From: Mytilus californianus
Taxonomy: Eukaryota
DNA: 64,000 bases
NCBI RefSeq assembly: GCF_021869535.1
Contig: NW_026262734.1
Coordinates: 100,254,001-100,318,000 of the forward strand
Direction of reading: 5' to 3'
In this document: positions 11,790-25,302 of the stretch, one piece after another
Numbering within the stretch: position 1 is the stretch's first letter
Layout: each line of letters opens with the position of its first letter
The notes under the pieces: generated by a model
What the model was told of the DNA's origin: nothing
The model's input: the letters and a program-made list of their open reading frames with translations, nothing else
Databases searched by the model: none
Position numbers and translations under genes: made by a program

Positions 11790-12680
11790 GGAGCATTTTA
11801 CCAATAATGTCTATACCCTCTGCCCCATCGTATGGTGTTTACATATCTCAGTTAATACAGAAGCTGCTCCAACAAAGTTATTTGGAGGAAAGAGTAAAAA
11901 TGGCACTCCGTAAATATTTTATGGACACCATCACGAATTGGTTAATCCATACGAATTGTCTGTGTCTAAACGAACTAAGGTCATTTTAACCACGTCTTAG
12001 ATTGTGGTTTACCATTTACGTCGTCTAGTCTCTTAAGTACCGAACGTGACCTTTTCCCGAATATGACTGTTTTGTTGAGGGTGAATTGGCATGTCTCGGT
12101 ATTTGTTTATCCAGCCTTCATGTTCATGCATTTAGTTATCAAATTAATTCGTTCAGTGTATGTTCACTTGTGTTTATATGTCTTTTGAGTATAGCCATTT
12201 CAATAGATATGTTATAGTGTGTTTTTTTTATGTTGTGATGATACACTATTGTTTCAGATAAGGGTGAAGGTTGGTACCTATTAAAACGTTTAAACCTGCT
12301 GAATTCGTTTGAATATGACTTAAGTCAGGAATCTGATGTTAGTTTAAGCATCTTTATTTATAGTGGATTGGGAACAAGTTATAACAACTTATATAAATCC
12401 CTTTCCACTTTGTGGAAAATTCCGATGTTCAGTAGTTGTCGTTTGTTGATGTGGTTCATACGTGTTTCTTGTTTCTCGTTTTACATATAGATTATATCGT
12501 TGATTTTCCCATTTGAATGTTTTTACACTAGTCATTTAAGAGAGCCCTGTATAGCTTGCTGCTCGGTGTGGCCAAGGCTCCATGTTGAAGACCATATGTT
12601 GACCTATAATGGTTTACTTTTACAACTTGTGACTCGGATGGAGATTTGTCTCATTGGCACTCAAACTACATCTTCTTATA
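11790..12680 (+). mobile_element. Degenerate Naiad-type RT C-terminus plus adjoining retroelement 3' sequence
   Basis: IPSAPSYGVYISQLI...KLLQQSY...ALRK and GHHHELVNPY in a shifted frame, followed by the repeat family seen at 7771-8150. Confidence 0.65.
12341..12423 (-). mobile_element. 83-bp insertion (probable truncated SINE/LINE 3' end) with 6-bp TSD
   Basis: GATGTT is duplicated at 12335-12340 and 12424-12429, interrupting a repeat that is continuous at 7771-8150. Confidence 0.55.
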
Positions 12681-14554
12681 TCTATATATATATGATGTTT
12701 TATTTGTAATTCTGATCGGATATTGTTTTGTGTCTTAAAAAAAATGTATCGTTTGTAGTTGTAATTCTGTTATTTATTTTCTATTCGTATATAAAAGTAA
12801 GGATAATTATTCACCCAATTCATTTGTATGATTTTAGTTAAAAGCAACTATGTGCACAGGATTTATTTGTTTTAAACAGTTTGAATTGGAAAAAAGGCCG
12901 ACATAGTTAGATAGTGCAGTTATTTGCACAGTTAATAACACAATTATATTCAAAATAAATCAGCTATCAATTTAGGAAACAGGCGGACAGACATTCAACA
13001 ATTGGTTTTAAATTGCTGTATTTGGTTATATTAGTTAACAGATAAAAGGGTGTAATGAGAAAAACAAAAAACAATATGGATAAGCATTGATGGGACAAAA
13101 GCTACCATTCGACTAACTGATTGTTCTTGCATTTATTTATACTGTATTCCTGTCATGAAATGTTGTCATTTTAGCGGTTTATGTAACATTGCCATAACGC
13201 GCGAGGATTGACTGGCCAAAAAACCCAGGTTCAACCCACCATTTTTTCTTAAAATGTCCTGTACCAAGTCAGGAATATGGCAGTTGTTATCTAATAGTCC
13301 ATTTCCATATATGTTGCATTGTCGTTTGTTTTTTGTTGCACTTCAGTGTTCCTGTTGTTCCTTTGTTTTCCTCTTATAGTTGATGTGTTCCCTCGTCTCT
13401 AGTTTGTAACCCATATTTGTTTTCTCTCAATCGATTTATGACTTTTAAACAGCGGTATACTACTGTTGCCTTTATTTGTTTTTTTTTCACACATTGTTGC
13501 CAATGTAATGGAATTTGGAGCGACTGTCATTCAAGTGATAAGTTTAGCTAGCTTTAAAACCAGATTTAATCCACCATATTCTATAAAGGAAATGCCTGTA
13601 CCAAGTCATGAATATGACAGTTGTTTTCCAAACGTTTGATGTGATTGAGCTCTTGATTTTGTCATTTGATAAGGGATCTTCCGATTTGAATATTCTTTGG
13701 AGTTCGATATTTTTGTTATTTTACTTTTTTATAGCAAGCTAAACCTCTCGTCTGTATGGCAGTCGCATAAAATTAAAAAAAATAAACACTAAACAGGCAT
13801 AATAGGTAAAAATGTCAAGAATAGGTGTACAGCAGTCAACATTGTGTTATAATCTTAATCACTATAAAAACAAACAAATATGTCAACAAAGAAAAACAAA
13901 ATGGCATTTGGACAAACCACATATACAAAAATAGAAGACAAGAATACAACCAAATAAAGTATCTAAATAAACTCATCATACATACATAGATTGAAATTTT
14001 ATATTTCCGCCAGACGCGCGTTTCGTCAACAAAAAATCATTTTAATCGTTAAATGCTGCATTTAAAAATAAATGAATTCCATATAGATATTTACCCGTAA
14101 TAGGGAAGAAACATCCACAAATTAACACAACAACAAATATCGAAACGGTAGCTTTTATTTGTCTACATGACGATAGTAACAACAATGATATTAGAAATAC
14201 TGATAAATAGAAATATTCTTACGGTATAAAAAAATGTTGCGTTTGTTTATTGTCAAAAGTATAAAGCTTGACATGGATTCACAACTTATCATGGTATTTT
14301 AATTGATTTAAATGCAATATATGTAGCGTCTTCAATATGTTGGCCTTCTGTAGTATATATCCATACTGGTAACTGCGGAAGCCATATTGTCGTTTTAATT
14401 TGACGGAAAGTCATATTTTATGTCAATTCAAACATTGTCAAAGAGACATTCTGAATCTGGAAGTACCTTTTGCTTGCACTTATTTCATTTCAAAATTTCT
14501 ACTGCTAAATGTTTTTTTAGAATAAGTGTCAAGAAACCAATCAAATGCAACTGT

Positions 14555-14963
14555 AAAAGAGGGGCGAAAGATACCAGAGGGACAGTCAAACTTATAGATC
14601 GAAAATAAACTGACAACACCATGGCTTATAAAGAAAAAGGCAAACAGACACATAACAGTACACAAGACAGAACATAGAAAACTAAAGACTAAGCAACACG
14701 AACCCCACCAAAAACTTGGGAGTGATCTCAGGTGCTCCTGAAGGGTAAGCAGATCCTGCTCCACATGTGGCACCCGTCGTGTTGCTCATGTTATTACAAA
14801 CCGGTAAATAGTCTAATTTGGTAGGTCACATTCGTGGAAAGGGAACGGGATAGTAGTTAAATATAAGGAACATATCCAATATCATCTGTGAAACGGATAT
14901 TTCCGTAACAGTCAACCAACTCGTGATAGCGTCCGTAAAATTTACGAAGGGATGATTTCAACT
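14555..14963 (-). mobile_element. Naiad-type family 1, 3' end fragment
   Basis: Closely matches 33231-33640 and 36420-36830. Confidence 0.85.
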
Positions 14964-17900
14964 TTATAAAAATGGCAAAATGACGTGAAACTGTATCGAG
15001 TGTTGATTTACGGGTATCTGTTTCCGATTTGTCTTGAATGCCTCATATTGTTGTTGTAAGACGTAGATCAACGCATTTAACGGATTAAATATAACGTGAC
15101 ATTTTGTAGTGTAGTATTTTAACTGCATAACTAAGAATTGCCCACATTTGTTTAATGAAAATCAAGTACCAGTGTTTGAAACTAGTATTTTTTGTGCATT
15201 AGATTAAATTGTTTGACAAAAACAAACTATCAAGTCAAGTCTTAATTTACTAATGTTTTGCTTGCATAACTGGGAGTGTTAATATTTCTACTTTTTGTTT
15301 TCGGCGATTCATATAATGATACCAAAACAGTATTCTTGGTACTTCAAATGCATTATTCTGTTAGTTAATAAGAAATTTTTTTTACAACTATGTTACACAT
15401 GATGTAACATGTGTAACCAAAATTCATTTGACAGTATGGTATCACACTTCTTACAATGTTGACTGCTGTATTTTTGACCTTTTTACCAATTATGTCTGTT
15501 TGTTTTGTTCACGCCTCGTTGTCAATATAATGGAATTGTATGCGACTGTCATACAAGTGAGAGGTTTAGCTAGCTGTAAAACCAGGTTCAATCCACCATT
15601 TTCTACATAAGAAAACAGCACAGTCCACCAGAAAAGCTTCATTTTAATATCTTGTCTTTAATAATTTGACATAACCAACAGCTTAACACATAAAGATATT
15701 TTGCTACAAAATACAAACTGCGCAGATTCTGAAAAGTCCATATTTTGTGTTCAGCAAGTAAGTTCAAGAACAGATTGTACTTGACAAGATTCGAAATGAT
15801 TTCGACATTGTTAAGTTGACATGATTTTGGTCTAGACTTAACGTGATATGCCTGATTAGTACTGAATAACCTTGATATAGTCTGAATATGGTCTCGACAA
15901 ATGCTCAACCAGTCTCATCAGTGCTCAACCAGTCTCTGACCTTTAAATTTAGTCTTGACTGGTTTTGACTCGGTCTGAATCAGTCAATCTATGTCAACTA
16001 TATATTGATGAATGTCATGTTATTTAGTAGTTAGGTTTAATTGATGTAAAATTTACGGTTTTAATTATAGATTTAAAAAAATGTACAATTTTCAATTCTA
16101 ACTAATTTCAGATAGGTACCTTTAAAAATGTCATAACCTTTTTCAAATCAACTTAGATTTTGATAACACTCTTTATATATCTCATATGTTGATCTTACAA
16201 AATGCAAGAGTTTTGTATGTTGGCTTGTTGTTGTCAAAATTAAGGATTTTATTTATAGGTAGAAGTAAGGGGGTAGGCCTTGGTAACACCAAAATTTTCC
16301 TCTCGTTTAATTTTTCTTATATTTATATCATTGAAAAGGTAGGGGTCCATGCATCATCTGCCGAAGTCTTTGTGAAATTCACCATTTCATTTTATGTTTA
16401 GGGTATATTGAATATGACCAGTTTTGGGGTACCCTAAAAAAACGTCAGAAAACACTAGTATGTATATATCATTGTGTGTTTTTTGCACATGCTGTCATTA
16501 GAAATACTCATGACTATTAAAATGCATAAAAGAAACATATTTTAAAGTAAATGTGGAATATCATGGTAATACCAATAGCCTGAATGTAAAACAAAGGGTT
16601 TTTGATTATTGATAAGGCAAAAATTCTAGCCAGCTCAGATTACACATTATTTTTCAAACTTAGCAGAAATGAAATTGTTGTTTAATTCCTGCAAAAAATT
16701 GCTCAAACATTTATTATAAATCTTGAAAATCGCAAATTTTTATCGAATTTGACAGTTTGAAATTTTCAAAATCTTAAAAACAAGTTGGCTTACAAGGCAC
16801 AAGAAAAAAGGAAAATTTTGGAACAAAATTCTTTTTCTCCCTACAAAACCTTCTACAGACTGTCTTTGTATTCTTTTTATGTGCATAAGTCAAAAGTGTA
16901 CTGTCCCAATAATAATTGTAATCAAGTCGCAAGTTTATAAGGAAAAACAGTAATATTCAGTATGGGACGAGTACCCTTGGGACGAATTGACATATCACAA
17001 TTATCTATTGGTTTCTCTCCCCAGACTACAAAATGCCCCTGTCATCAATAGCAGACGGTATTAGAATTCATTGTTTTGACAGTCTGTCACTATCTAAATA
17101 CTATCTTTGTGCAAATGTAGATTATCTATTAGCATAAGCTTGTGCTAGGATTGATGTTCAGATCATATCTTCTAGAATAGTGCCCTTTATATTTGAAAAA
17201 AAACAAAGACATACAGTTAATACAAACTCTATCAATGGCTTAGCACTGAAATTGTATAACTTCATCATTTGTTCAAATCGAATTTCCCAAATCTTCCAAG
17301 AATTTTTTCTAAATGATGCCACAAGACACTATAATCAATATAGTCATTCCAGAACTCCCCAGTACATTGGTTGATTTTTTTTAAAGCATTTCATGAATGA
17401 ATGGTAATTTTCTATCTTTTCAGCTCTTGCTTATTGATCCTTAAAAAAAGAAGTTCCTTGATTTAATGCTTGGTGGTGTCTAACATGCACAGTTTACAGA
17501 ATCTGTTTGGATCATTCTCACAGCCAAATGTTAACAACATAAATGCTTGATCACTGTTTAAATTTCTGCTATGGTAAAACGCACAAATGACTTTCAATAC
17601 ATGTGTAATAGTTATCTCCCATATAACAAGTCTACCCCCTTAAATAGCTATAAGTTTTAGTTCGTACTTAATTCAGTTACATGTAGTAACCTTTTAACAT
17701 TTTTATATATTTTTTTTCAAATCAACTTGGATTTTGATAAAACTCTACAGCTATCTCAATTGTATATATATATTGATTTTACAAAATGCCAGGTTTTTCG
17801 GTACGTAATTTGGTTTATTGCTATCAAATTCAAGGATTAAAAAAATAGGTAAAAAAAGTAAGAATTTTTAATATTGAAATTTTTTTTTTTCGAGCGTCGG

Positions 17901-18179
17901 TGATGAGTTTTTGTAGAAACGCGAGTCTGTCGTACACAATTTTAATCCTGGTATCTACAATAAGTTTGTGAAAATTTCGACATCTTTATAATTTCAAAGT
18001 TACCATTCTGCACAGAAGTGTCTAGAATATATTAACCTGTTTAATTATCAATAAATATCTAACATAATCTGAAAGGCTTGAATAAGTAAACTTATTTGGA
18101 ATTTTATGGCTCCATCAAACATCCTCCTTTAATCATTCCAATGACACTTCATCCTTGAATATATACATCTAGGACAGTA

Positions 18180-18530
18180 ACTTACATATACGCCACCGAA
18201 TAGTTTGTTTACATTTTCGGTTTCGGTCTTTCAAGGGTACTTTAACTCACATACTAATGAAACGTCATTCATGAATCATTTATTATAAAGAGCATTCACA
18301 CACATGACACAACGACTTACACTTCATGCTTGATTGGTTGGTTACGTTTTCGATGTGGGTTTTAAAACAATGTGCTATCAATTCAGAACTTAGTGCTATT
18401 TTTAACACCCTTACTAGAGCAACGTATTTCTCTCGGTTTCCGTACATTGGAGCAACACGTTACAATTTGTTTGCGTTTACTATAGCAACATATAACAGTT
18501 TGCTTGTGTAATCTAGAGCAACACATATTC
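18180..18530 (-). promoter_or_regulatory. Candidate first exon (3' end at 18186) and promoter of the ankyrin gene
   Basis: Perfect GTAAGT donor at 18185-18180, local CpG enrichment, a GAAACCGAAA IRF-type motif at 18224-18215, a CCAAT box near 18333, and four GCAAC motifs spaced at exactly 33 bp. Confidence 0.4.
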
Positions 18531-21500
18531 TATTCAATAAAAGAGAGAAGAAGACATTCGAAATTTGAAGTGGAAAATTAACTTAGTTTTGCTTATCGTT
18601 GAAGGGCGTCTGATGACCTTTATTTGTAAACATCTATGTGATTGACTCTCTGATGAAGATTATTAATTGGCAGTCATCTTCTTTTTTTTATATGACAATG
18701 ACATTGCAAAAACGAAAAGAGACAAAAAGATAAACAGCATAATACCAATTACAAATAATACATAACAAACTAAAAACTAAAATCGGGGGTAATCTCATGT
18801 GTTCTGAAACGATAAACAGATCCTGCTCCATATGTGGCAACCGTTGTGAGTATCATGTATATACAAACAGATCTGTGGAACAGATATTCAATAACCGATA
18901 TATCTAGATTATTTCGGTTAATTAACACATATTTGGAAGTTATTGTACATTTAATTCATATTTTGATTTCAATTGTGTTTATATAAATTATTTTGTATTT
19001 TCAAAATGTATACAAACGGTTGTTGTCCAATCATCCTTTATTCAACAATAGTTATTATCGCGTATGACAGTGAAAATGAACAACCTTGACCTGCACATTG
19101 TATACACTGATAGGTATTCTATAGAGTTGCTTTTTTGAAAATTGAATATCTTAATGCAGGTAGTTTTAGGAGAAACTTTAGAGAGAATATTTTGGAAATA
19201 TTCAGAAGTAACTCTTGAAATAAAGCTGGTAGAGTGTTGCCTTAATTTTCCTAATACTTAGTGAACATATGATAAGAACAATAATATGCGTGCATTTTAT
19301 TAATACACTGATGCGGACGGACATGAACGCGTAACGTTGCTGCACTAATGCGCATCGCTTTTCATTTTCTGTAAAGGATCTTAATAAATATTAGGGAGTA
19401 AAATCAACGGGAAAATGTATAAATTGCCGATTAAACTGCATACCAATCAATATTTACTTCTCATAAGTGGTTCCTCTTACAACGAAATGATCACAAACTT
19501 TCACATGTAAACTAAGGAAACGTTATAAAGTCAGAAGGCCATGACATAGGGCCCGGGGCAGGGTAAAATAATCTCCAAGAAATGATATGCGTGAATGATT
19601 ATAGGTTGCAATTCTGTAAATATAGACAATGCAATTTCCCATAGGAACTCCCTTTGCGGCTAAAACTGTGACACTTTTACTATGAAGTTTCGTGAAAAAT
19701 AATATCCTAGAACGGAAAGTTTATATGAATAACTATTTTATTCAAAGGTCAAAATATAGGGCTGTGCGGCATATTTTCAACATTTATATGCCCTGAACTT
19801 CTAAGATTTTAAACTTATACTAAAATTCTATACTACCCTTACCTCCATTTTGGACCTCATTAGAATTAAAATTTAGGCGCTACCATGTTTTTCTATACTG
19901 GTTACATTCCCAAGTGATGTCTCTATGAAATGAAACACAGAGATCATAAATGGGAACCAGTACGTTAACAAATATATGTAACATATCTATGAATATTATA
20001 TATCTCCCCAAAAGAGGCGTGGTTTGAGAAACAGCTGTATTTACAAAGTGCAACCTATACAACTGCAAATAAGATATCATAGGGTAATCATTAGTTGTCC
20101 CTTTAAACTGCACTAATCAAAATCTTAAACTGATCGTTGCCACCACCGTCGATACCTCCACCGCCAGAAAAAGCATACATATGTTTCGCTTTTTGATTTC
20201 TTCAACGCAATTACAATAACTATTTGATATTTCCTTGATATATAAGCCAAGCTCATTATTGCCAGATCGATTTGGAATTTTAGTTCTTCGAAATATCTAA
20301 ACTCATAATATGATATGAACAAGATAGAAACTAAACCTTACCTTGAAATGATGATTTTCTAACCCATCCTGAAAACTTAAATGTGTAGTTTGCTATGTGT
20401 TGATTATTTCATAGTCATTGTTAACATAATTATATTAAATGTACAGGAGTGGGGAAAAAACTTCCTGATAACAACCGTATGGACGGTCAGGAAAGGGGTC
20501 TTCATTTTTTATTTATTATGTTGAACGTCATTATTTATCTATTCTTTTATATTTTTTACTTTTACTATAAATGCTTTTTTACCAGCCCCATTATTTTTTG
20601 TTGTTTGGTCTATTTTTTTTTCTATTTTATTTTACTATCTATTCTCTGTAACCCAAATAGAGACCCTCACAAAATTTAGTTAAGTGGTTCGTTATAATCA
20701 ATTCCTGTTCTGTGTAGATTAATTAAACATTGTATGGATTTATAATTAATTTGAGTGTTTTCTGTAGTGTTAAGAATTTGATATAGATATATTCTATAAA
20801 AAATTAAACAAATTCACTTTTATAATTTTTGTTGCTTTATCATTTCAGAATACACCTTTTTATGCATTTAACATATGTTTTTGTTCAAAAAAAAAGAAAA
20901 GAACCAATGTTCAATAATTTCCTTTCAAGCAGCAAAGCTAAATCATGGAAATCATGACACGAAATTCAAGCATAACATGTATTGCAATTAGTATGTTTGC
21001 CGGGTAAGGTTGAGAGTGTCAAATCAAATATTTTACATTAAAATATCTAAAAGCTAATTGTATTTCTATTTGGTTGTTTAATACCTGTTCATGAACGGTC
21101 CAACGGTTTGTTTTGAAGCTTTTTTTGACATTATTCTTTCATTTCATATTAATGTCAATTCCTAAATTGAACAGTTGGAATTCTTCACACGCCAGAATCA
21201 AATGATTTGCTTTTAATGGTTATAAACAGCTTTTTTGTGTTATTCCTTTTGATCTTGTTCATCCAGATAAAGAGGATTGCTTTATACGTTTCAAACATTC
21301 ATAGCTTCATACATTTTCTAGAAAATTTACCAAACATTATGAAGTTTGAACCCAAATGTTCCAATTACTAATAAACTCATCATAGATACCAGGATTGAAA
21401 TTTTATATTTGCATCGTTTCGTCTACAAAAGACTCATTAGTGATACTTCCATTAGATTAAAAGTTACTGTTCGTCCTCCAATTACTATTAAAAATAACAC

Positions 21501-21714
21501 ATCAACGATACGAGGCTTATAATTAGGTATGGCAAACGCACATGTTGTTAACATACGACTCATCAATGACGCTCGAATAAAAAAAGTTGGAAGGCCAAAT
21601 CATAATGAGGAGCATTTTGAAAAAAAAACATCAACAAAAATGTATACTAGCTACGGCTAATGTCATCTACGCCTACAGAAGAATCATTGAATGACTGTAA
21701 TGGTAAAAACAACC

Positions 21715-23730
21715 ATGGCCCAATTGGCAAAGTAATTCAATGATGGCAAAAACTAACATTGCCCAATTGGCAAAGTAAGCCAATAATGGCTAAAACTAAC
21801 AGGGCCAAATGTGCTAAGTGAGCCAATGATGGCAAAAACAAACATGGACCAATGAGCAAAGTGAACAAATAATGACAAAAACTAACATGGCCCAATGGGC
21901 AAAGTAATCCAATGATGGTAAAACTAACCTGGCCCAATTGGCAACGTGCGCCAATGATGAAAAAAAAACGAACATGGTCCAATAGGCAAAGTGAGGAAAA
22001 TTATGGCAAAATTTAACATGGCCCAATGTGCAAAGTAAGACAATGATGGCAAAAACTAACATGCCCCAATGGGAAAAGTAAGCCAATGATGGCAAAAATT
22101 GAAATTGGCCAATGGGCAAAGTACCAAATGATGGCAAAACTAAAATGGCCCAATGTGCAAAAGAAGCCAATGATGGTAAAAACGGAAATGGTCCAACGAG
22201 CAAAGTAAGCAAATGATGGAAAACCTAGCATGACCCAATAGGCAAAGTAAGCCATGCGATGATGGCAAAAGTTGAAATAGCATGGCCCAATGGGCAAAGT
22301 AAGCCAATGATTGCTAAAAATAACATGGCCAAAATGATGGCTAAAACTAACATGGCCAAAATGATGGCTAAAACTAACATGGCTAAATGTGCAAAGTAAG
22401 CCAATGATGGCAAAAATTAAACATGGCCGAACGGGTAAGGTAAGCCAGAGATGGCAAAAACAAACATGGCGGAATGGGCAAAGTAAGCCAATGATGGCAA
22501 AAACTAACATGGCCTAATGTGCAAAGTAGGCCAATGATGGAAAAACAAACATGGCCCAATTGGCAAAGTAAGCCAATGATGGCTAAAACTTACAGGGCAT
22601 AATGTGCAAAGTGAGCCAATGATGGCAAAAACAAATATGGACCAATGAGCAAAGTGAACAATTAATGACAAAAACTAACATGGCCCAGTGGGCAAAGTAA
22701 TCCAATGATGGCAAAACTAACCTGGCCAAATTGGCAACGTGAGCCAATGATGACAAAAACAAACATGGTCAAATAGGCAAAGTGAGGAAAATAATGGCAA
22801 AAACTAACATGGCCCAATGTGCAAAGTAAGCCAATGATGGCAAAAAGTATCATGGCCCAATGGGCAAAGTAAGCCAATGATGGCAAAAACTAACATGGCC
22901 TAATGTGCAAAGTAAGCCGAAGATGGTAAAAACAAACATGGCCCAATGGCAAAGTAAGCCAATGATGGCAAACATTAACATGGCCCAATTGGCAAAGTAA
23001 GCCAATGATGGCTAAAACTAACATGGCCAAATGTGCAAAGAAAGCCGATGATGGCAAAAATTAAACATGGCCGAACGGGTAAGGTAAGCTAAAGATGGCA
23101 AAAACAAACATGGCCGAATGGGCAAAGTAAGCCAATGATGGCAAAAACTAACATGGCCTAATGTGCAAAGTAAGCCAATGATGGTAAAAACAAACATGAC
23201 CCAATGAGCAAAGTAATTCAATGATGGCTAAAACTTACAGGGCCAAATGTGCAAAGTGCGCCAATTATGGCAAAAACAAATATGGACCAATGAGCAATGT
23301 GAGCAAATAATGGCAAAAACTAACATGGCCCAATGGGCAAAGTAATCCAATGATGGCAAAAACTAACCTGGCCTAATTGGCAACGTGAGCCAATGATGGC
23401 AAAAACAAACATGGCCCAATAGGCAAAGTGAGGAAAATAATGGCAAAAACTAACATGGCCAAATGTGCAGAGTACGCCAATGATGCCAAAAACTGAAATG
23501 GCCCAACGGGCAAAGTGAGACAATGATGGCAAAAACTAACATGGCCCAATGTGCAAAGTAAGCTAATGATGGCAAAAACTAACATGGCCCAAATGGCAAA
23601 GTAAGCCAATGATGGCAAAAACTGAAATGGCCCAAAAGGCAAAGGAAGCCTATGATGACAACAACTAACATGGCCCAACGAGCAAAGTAGGCCAATGATG
23701 GCAAAAACTGTAATGGCAAAATGTGCAGAT
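21715..23730. repeat. 43-bp tandem satellite (CCAATGATGGCAAAAACTAACATGGCCCAATGGGCAAAGTAAG) with higher-order structure
   Basis: The unit starts at 22831 and 22874, for example. About 2 kb of continuous array. Confidence 0.95.
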
Positions 23731-25302
23731 TACGCCAAAATTATGTCCTCAATTATAACATTAAACGTTTTAATATTCTTTATTAAATGTGCTTCTGTTT
23801 TTAGATGTACTACTCATAGATCTGATAATTATGGGATCAAAACTTTACCTCAAAATGAGGTCATCTGAAGTATGTTATCTGATTAGGTCCTTTGAACACA
23901 GGTCCTTAGAAGAAAATCATCTGCGCTGAAATATCAAAGGAAATAATCATAGCACTGTAAGTTTATCCGTTCATGTATTATTACATTCAATCATCATTTC
24001 ACGTTTGCTTTATTCAAAATATTAGAACATGTAGAAAAGACAGACATGCACCATGCTTAAGGAAACTCTTACTTTTGTTAATTCTAGTCTAACAAATATA
24101 AAATGTTTATGCTTTTAAATGAAGGGAAATCAACATGAGTTAAAGAAAGAAATCAAAGATGTATTCATAATTCATTAGTTAAAGAGAAACTAATAGGATG
24201 GCAAAAAAAGTGCAACTTACTTCTTCCTTATATTATTAAATAATGAATTAATGAGATTGAAATAAGTCTCCCTTTATCATGTTTGTTTGTCTATTTGAAC
24301 TTAATTTTATTCATTAACATATGCAGTTTTGTTTGAAATAGTTTAGCATTTTATAACTAATAATCATGCCATTTCTTGAAAAAATAACCTATTCAGACTT
24401 TAGCTTAGTATTTTGTAAAGTCAATCTATGTAGACAATGCTTAAATACCATTAACTTTACAACAGAAAGTTCTCTAATGTTATGTGTTTAGGATCGCATC
24501 ATATTTATAATACAAAAAATCTACCAGGACAACAATAGTGGAATTTGATAAATTTGGATTTAAATTATCATTTTCTAAAAAAAAACTCAATGAAAACTGA
24601 AAAAAATTTATATTATTGTTAAAACATGATTATTTAGGGAAACAGAAAAATTCATAACCAGGAATAAGTATATCAAGGTTAAAACGAAGTTTTTTATCAT
24701 AAAATCTTGCAAACAGGAAACCAGAATATTTGTCAAATCTAATCTATTTGAAACATCACTGATATGACTGTACTGTGAAAGGAAACTCACAAAATCTCGT
24801 TACCAGAAATAAGTTATTTGAACCGAAAGATATGAGATGTTTATCAATTCTCGAAAAACAGGAAACCAGAAATTATATCGAATGCAAATAAACTTACAGA
24901 AATTAAATAGTTCGTTACTCTGTGTGTTGGCGTTTGTTTTTGTTACACTTCGGTGTTCCTGTTGTACCGTTGTTTTCCTCTTATAGATGTGTTTCCCTCG
25001 GTTTTAGTTTGTAACCCGGATTTTGTTTTTTCTCAACCGATTCATGAATTTTGAACAGGATATACTACTGTTTTCTTTATTTATTGGCAGATTTTCAGTA
25101 TCTCTCTGGTTGTGTCGTGCCTTTCATAGCTGACCATATAGTATAGGTTTTGATTATTGGTTACAGCCGTACAGTGACTAATGGTTGCTTAGTCAACTTC
25201 ATTACGACTTCGCCGAATGGTTTGTTTGTCATGGCTATCGTACCACATCTCCTTTTTTCACAATATTCTTTCTTTTTATGATTCCCAGTGTATGGTTAAT
25301 TT

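Noticed and set aside
16990-17580. Coding-like minus-strand stretch (e.g. NQCTGEFWNDYIDYSVLWHHLEKILGRFGKFDL)
   Set aside because: Multiple stops and shifts and no family I can recognise. It needs a translated search before any call.
18411-18530. CRISPR-like repeat-spacer pattern (33-bp period)
   Set aside because: The conserved part is only about 8 bp, the spacers are mutually related, the context is eukaryotic and there are no cas genes. Treated as a degenerate minisatellite or motif array.
21737-23678. Many overlapping hydrophobic/His-rich ORFs (LAYFAHWAMLVFAII repeats)
   Set aside because: These are translations of the 43-bp satellite. The unit is not a multiple of 3, so frames rotate, and there are no splice or start signals.
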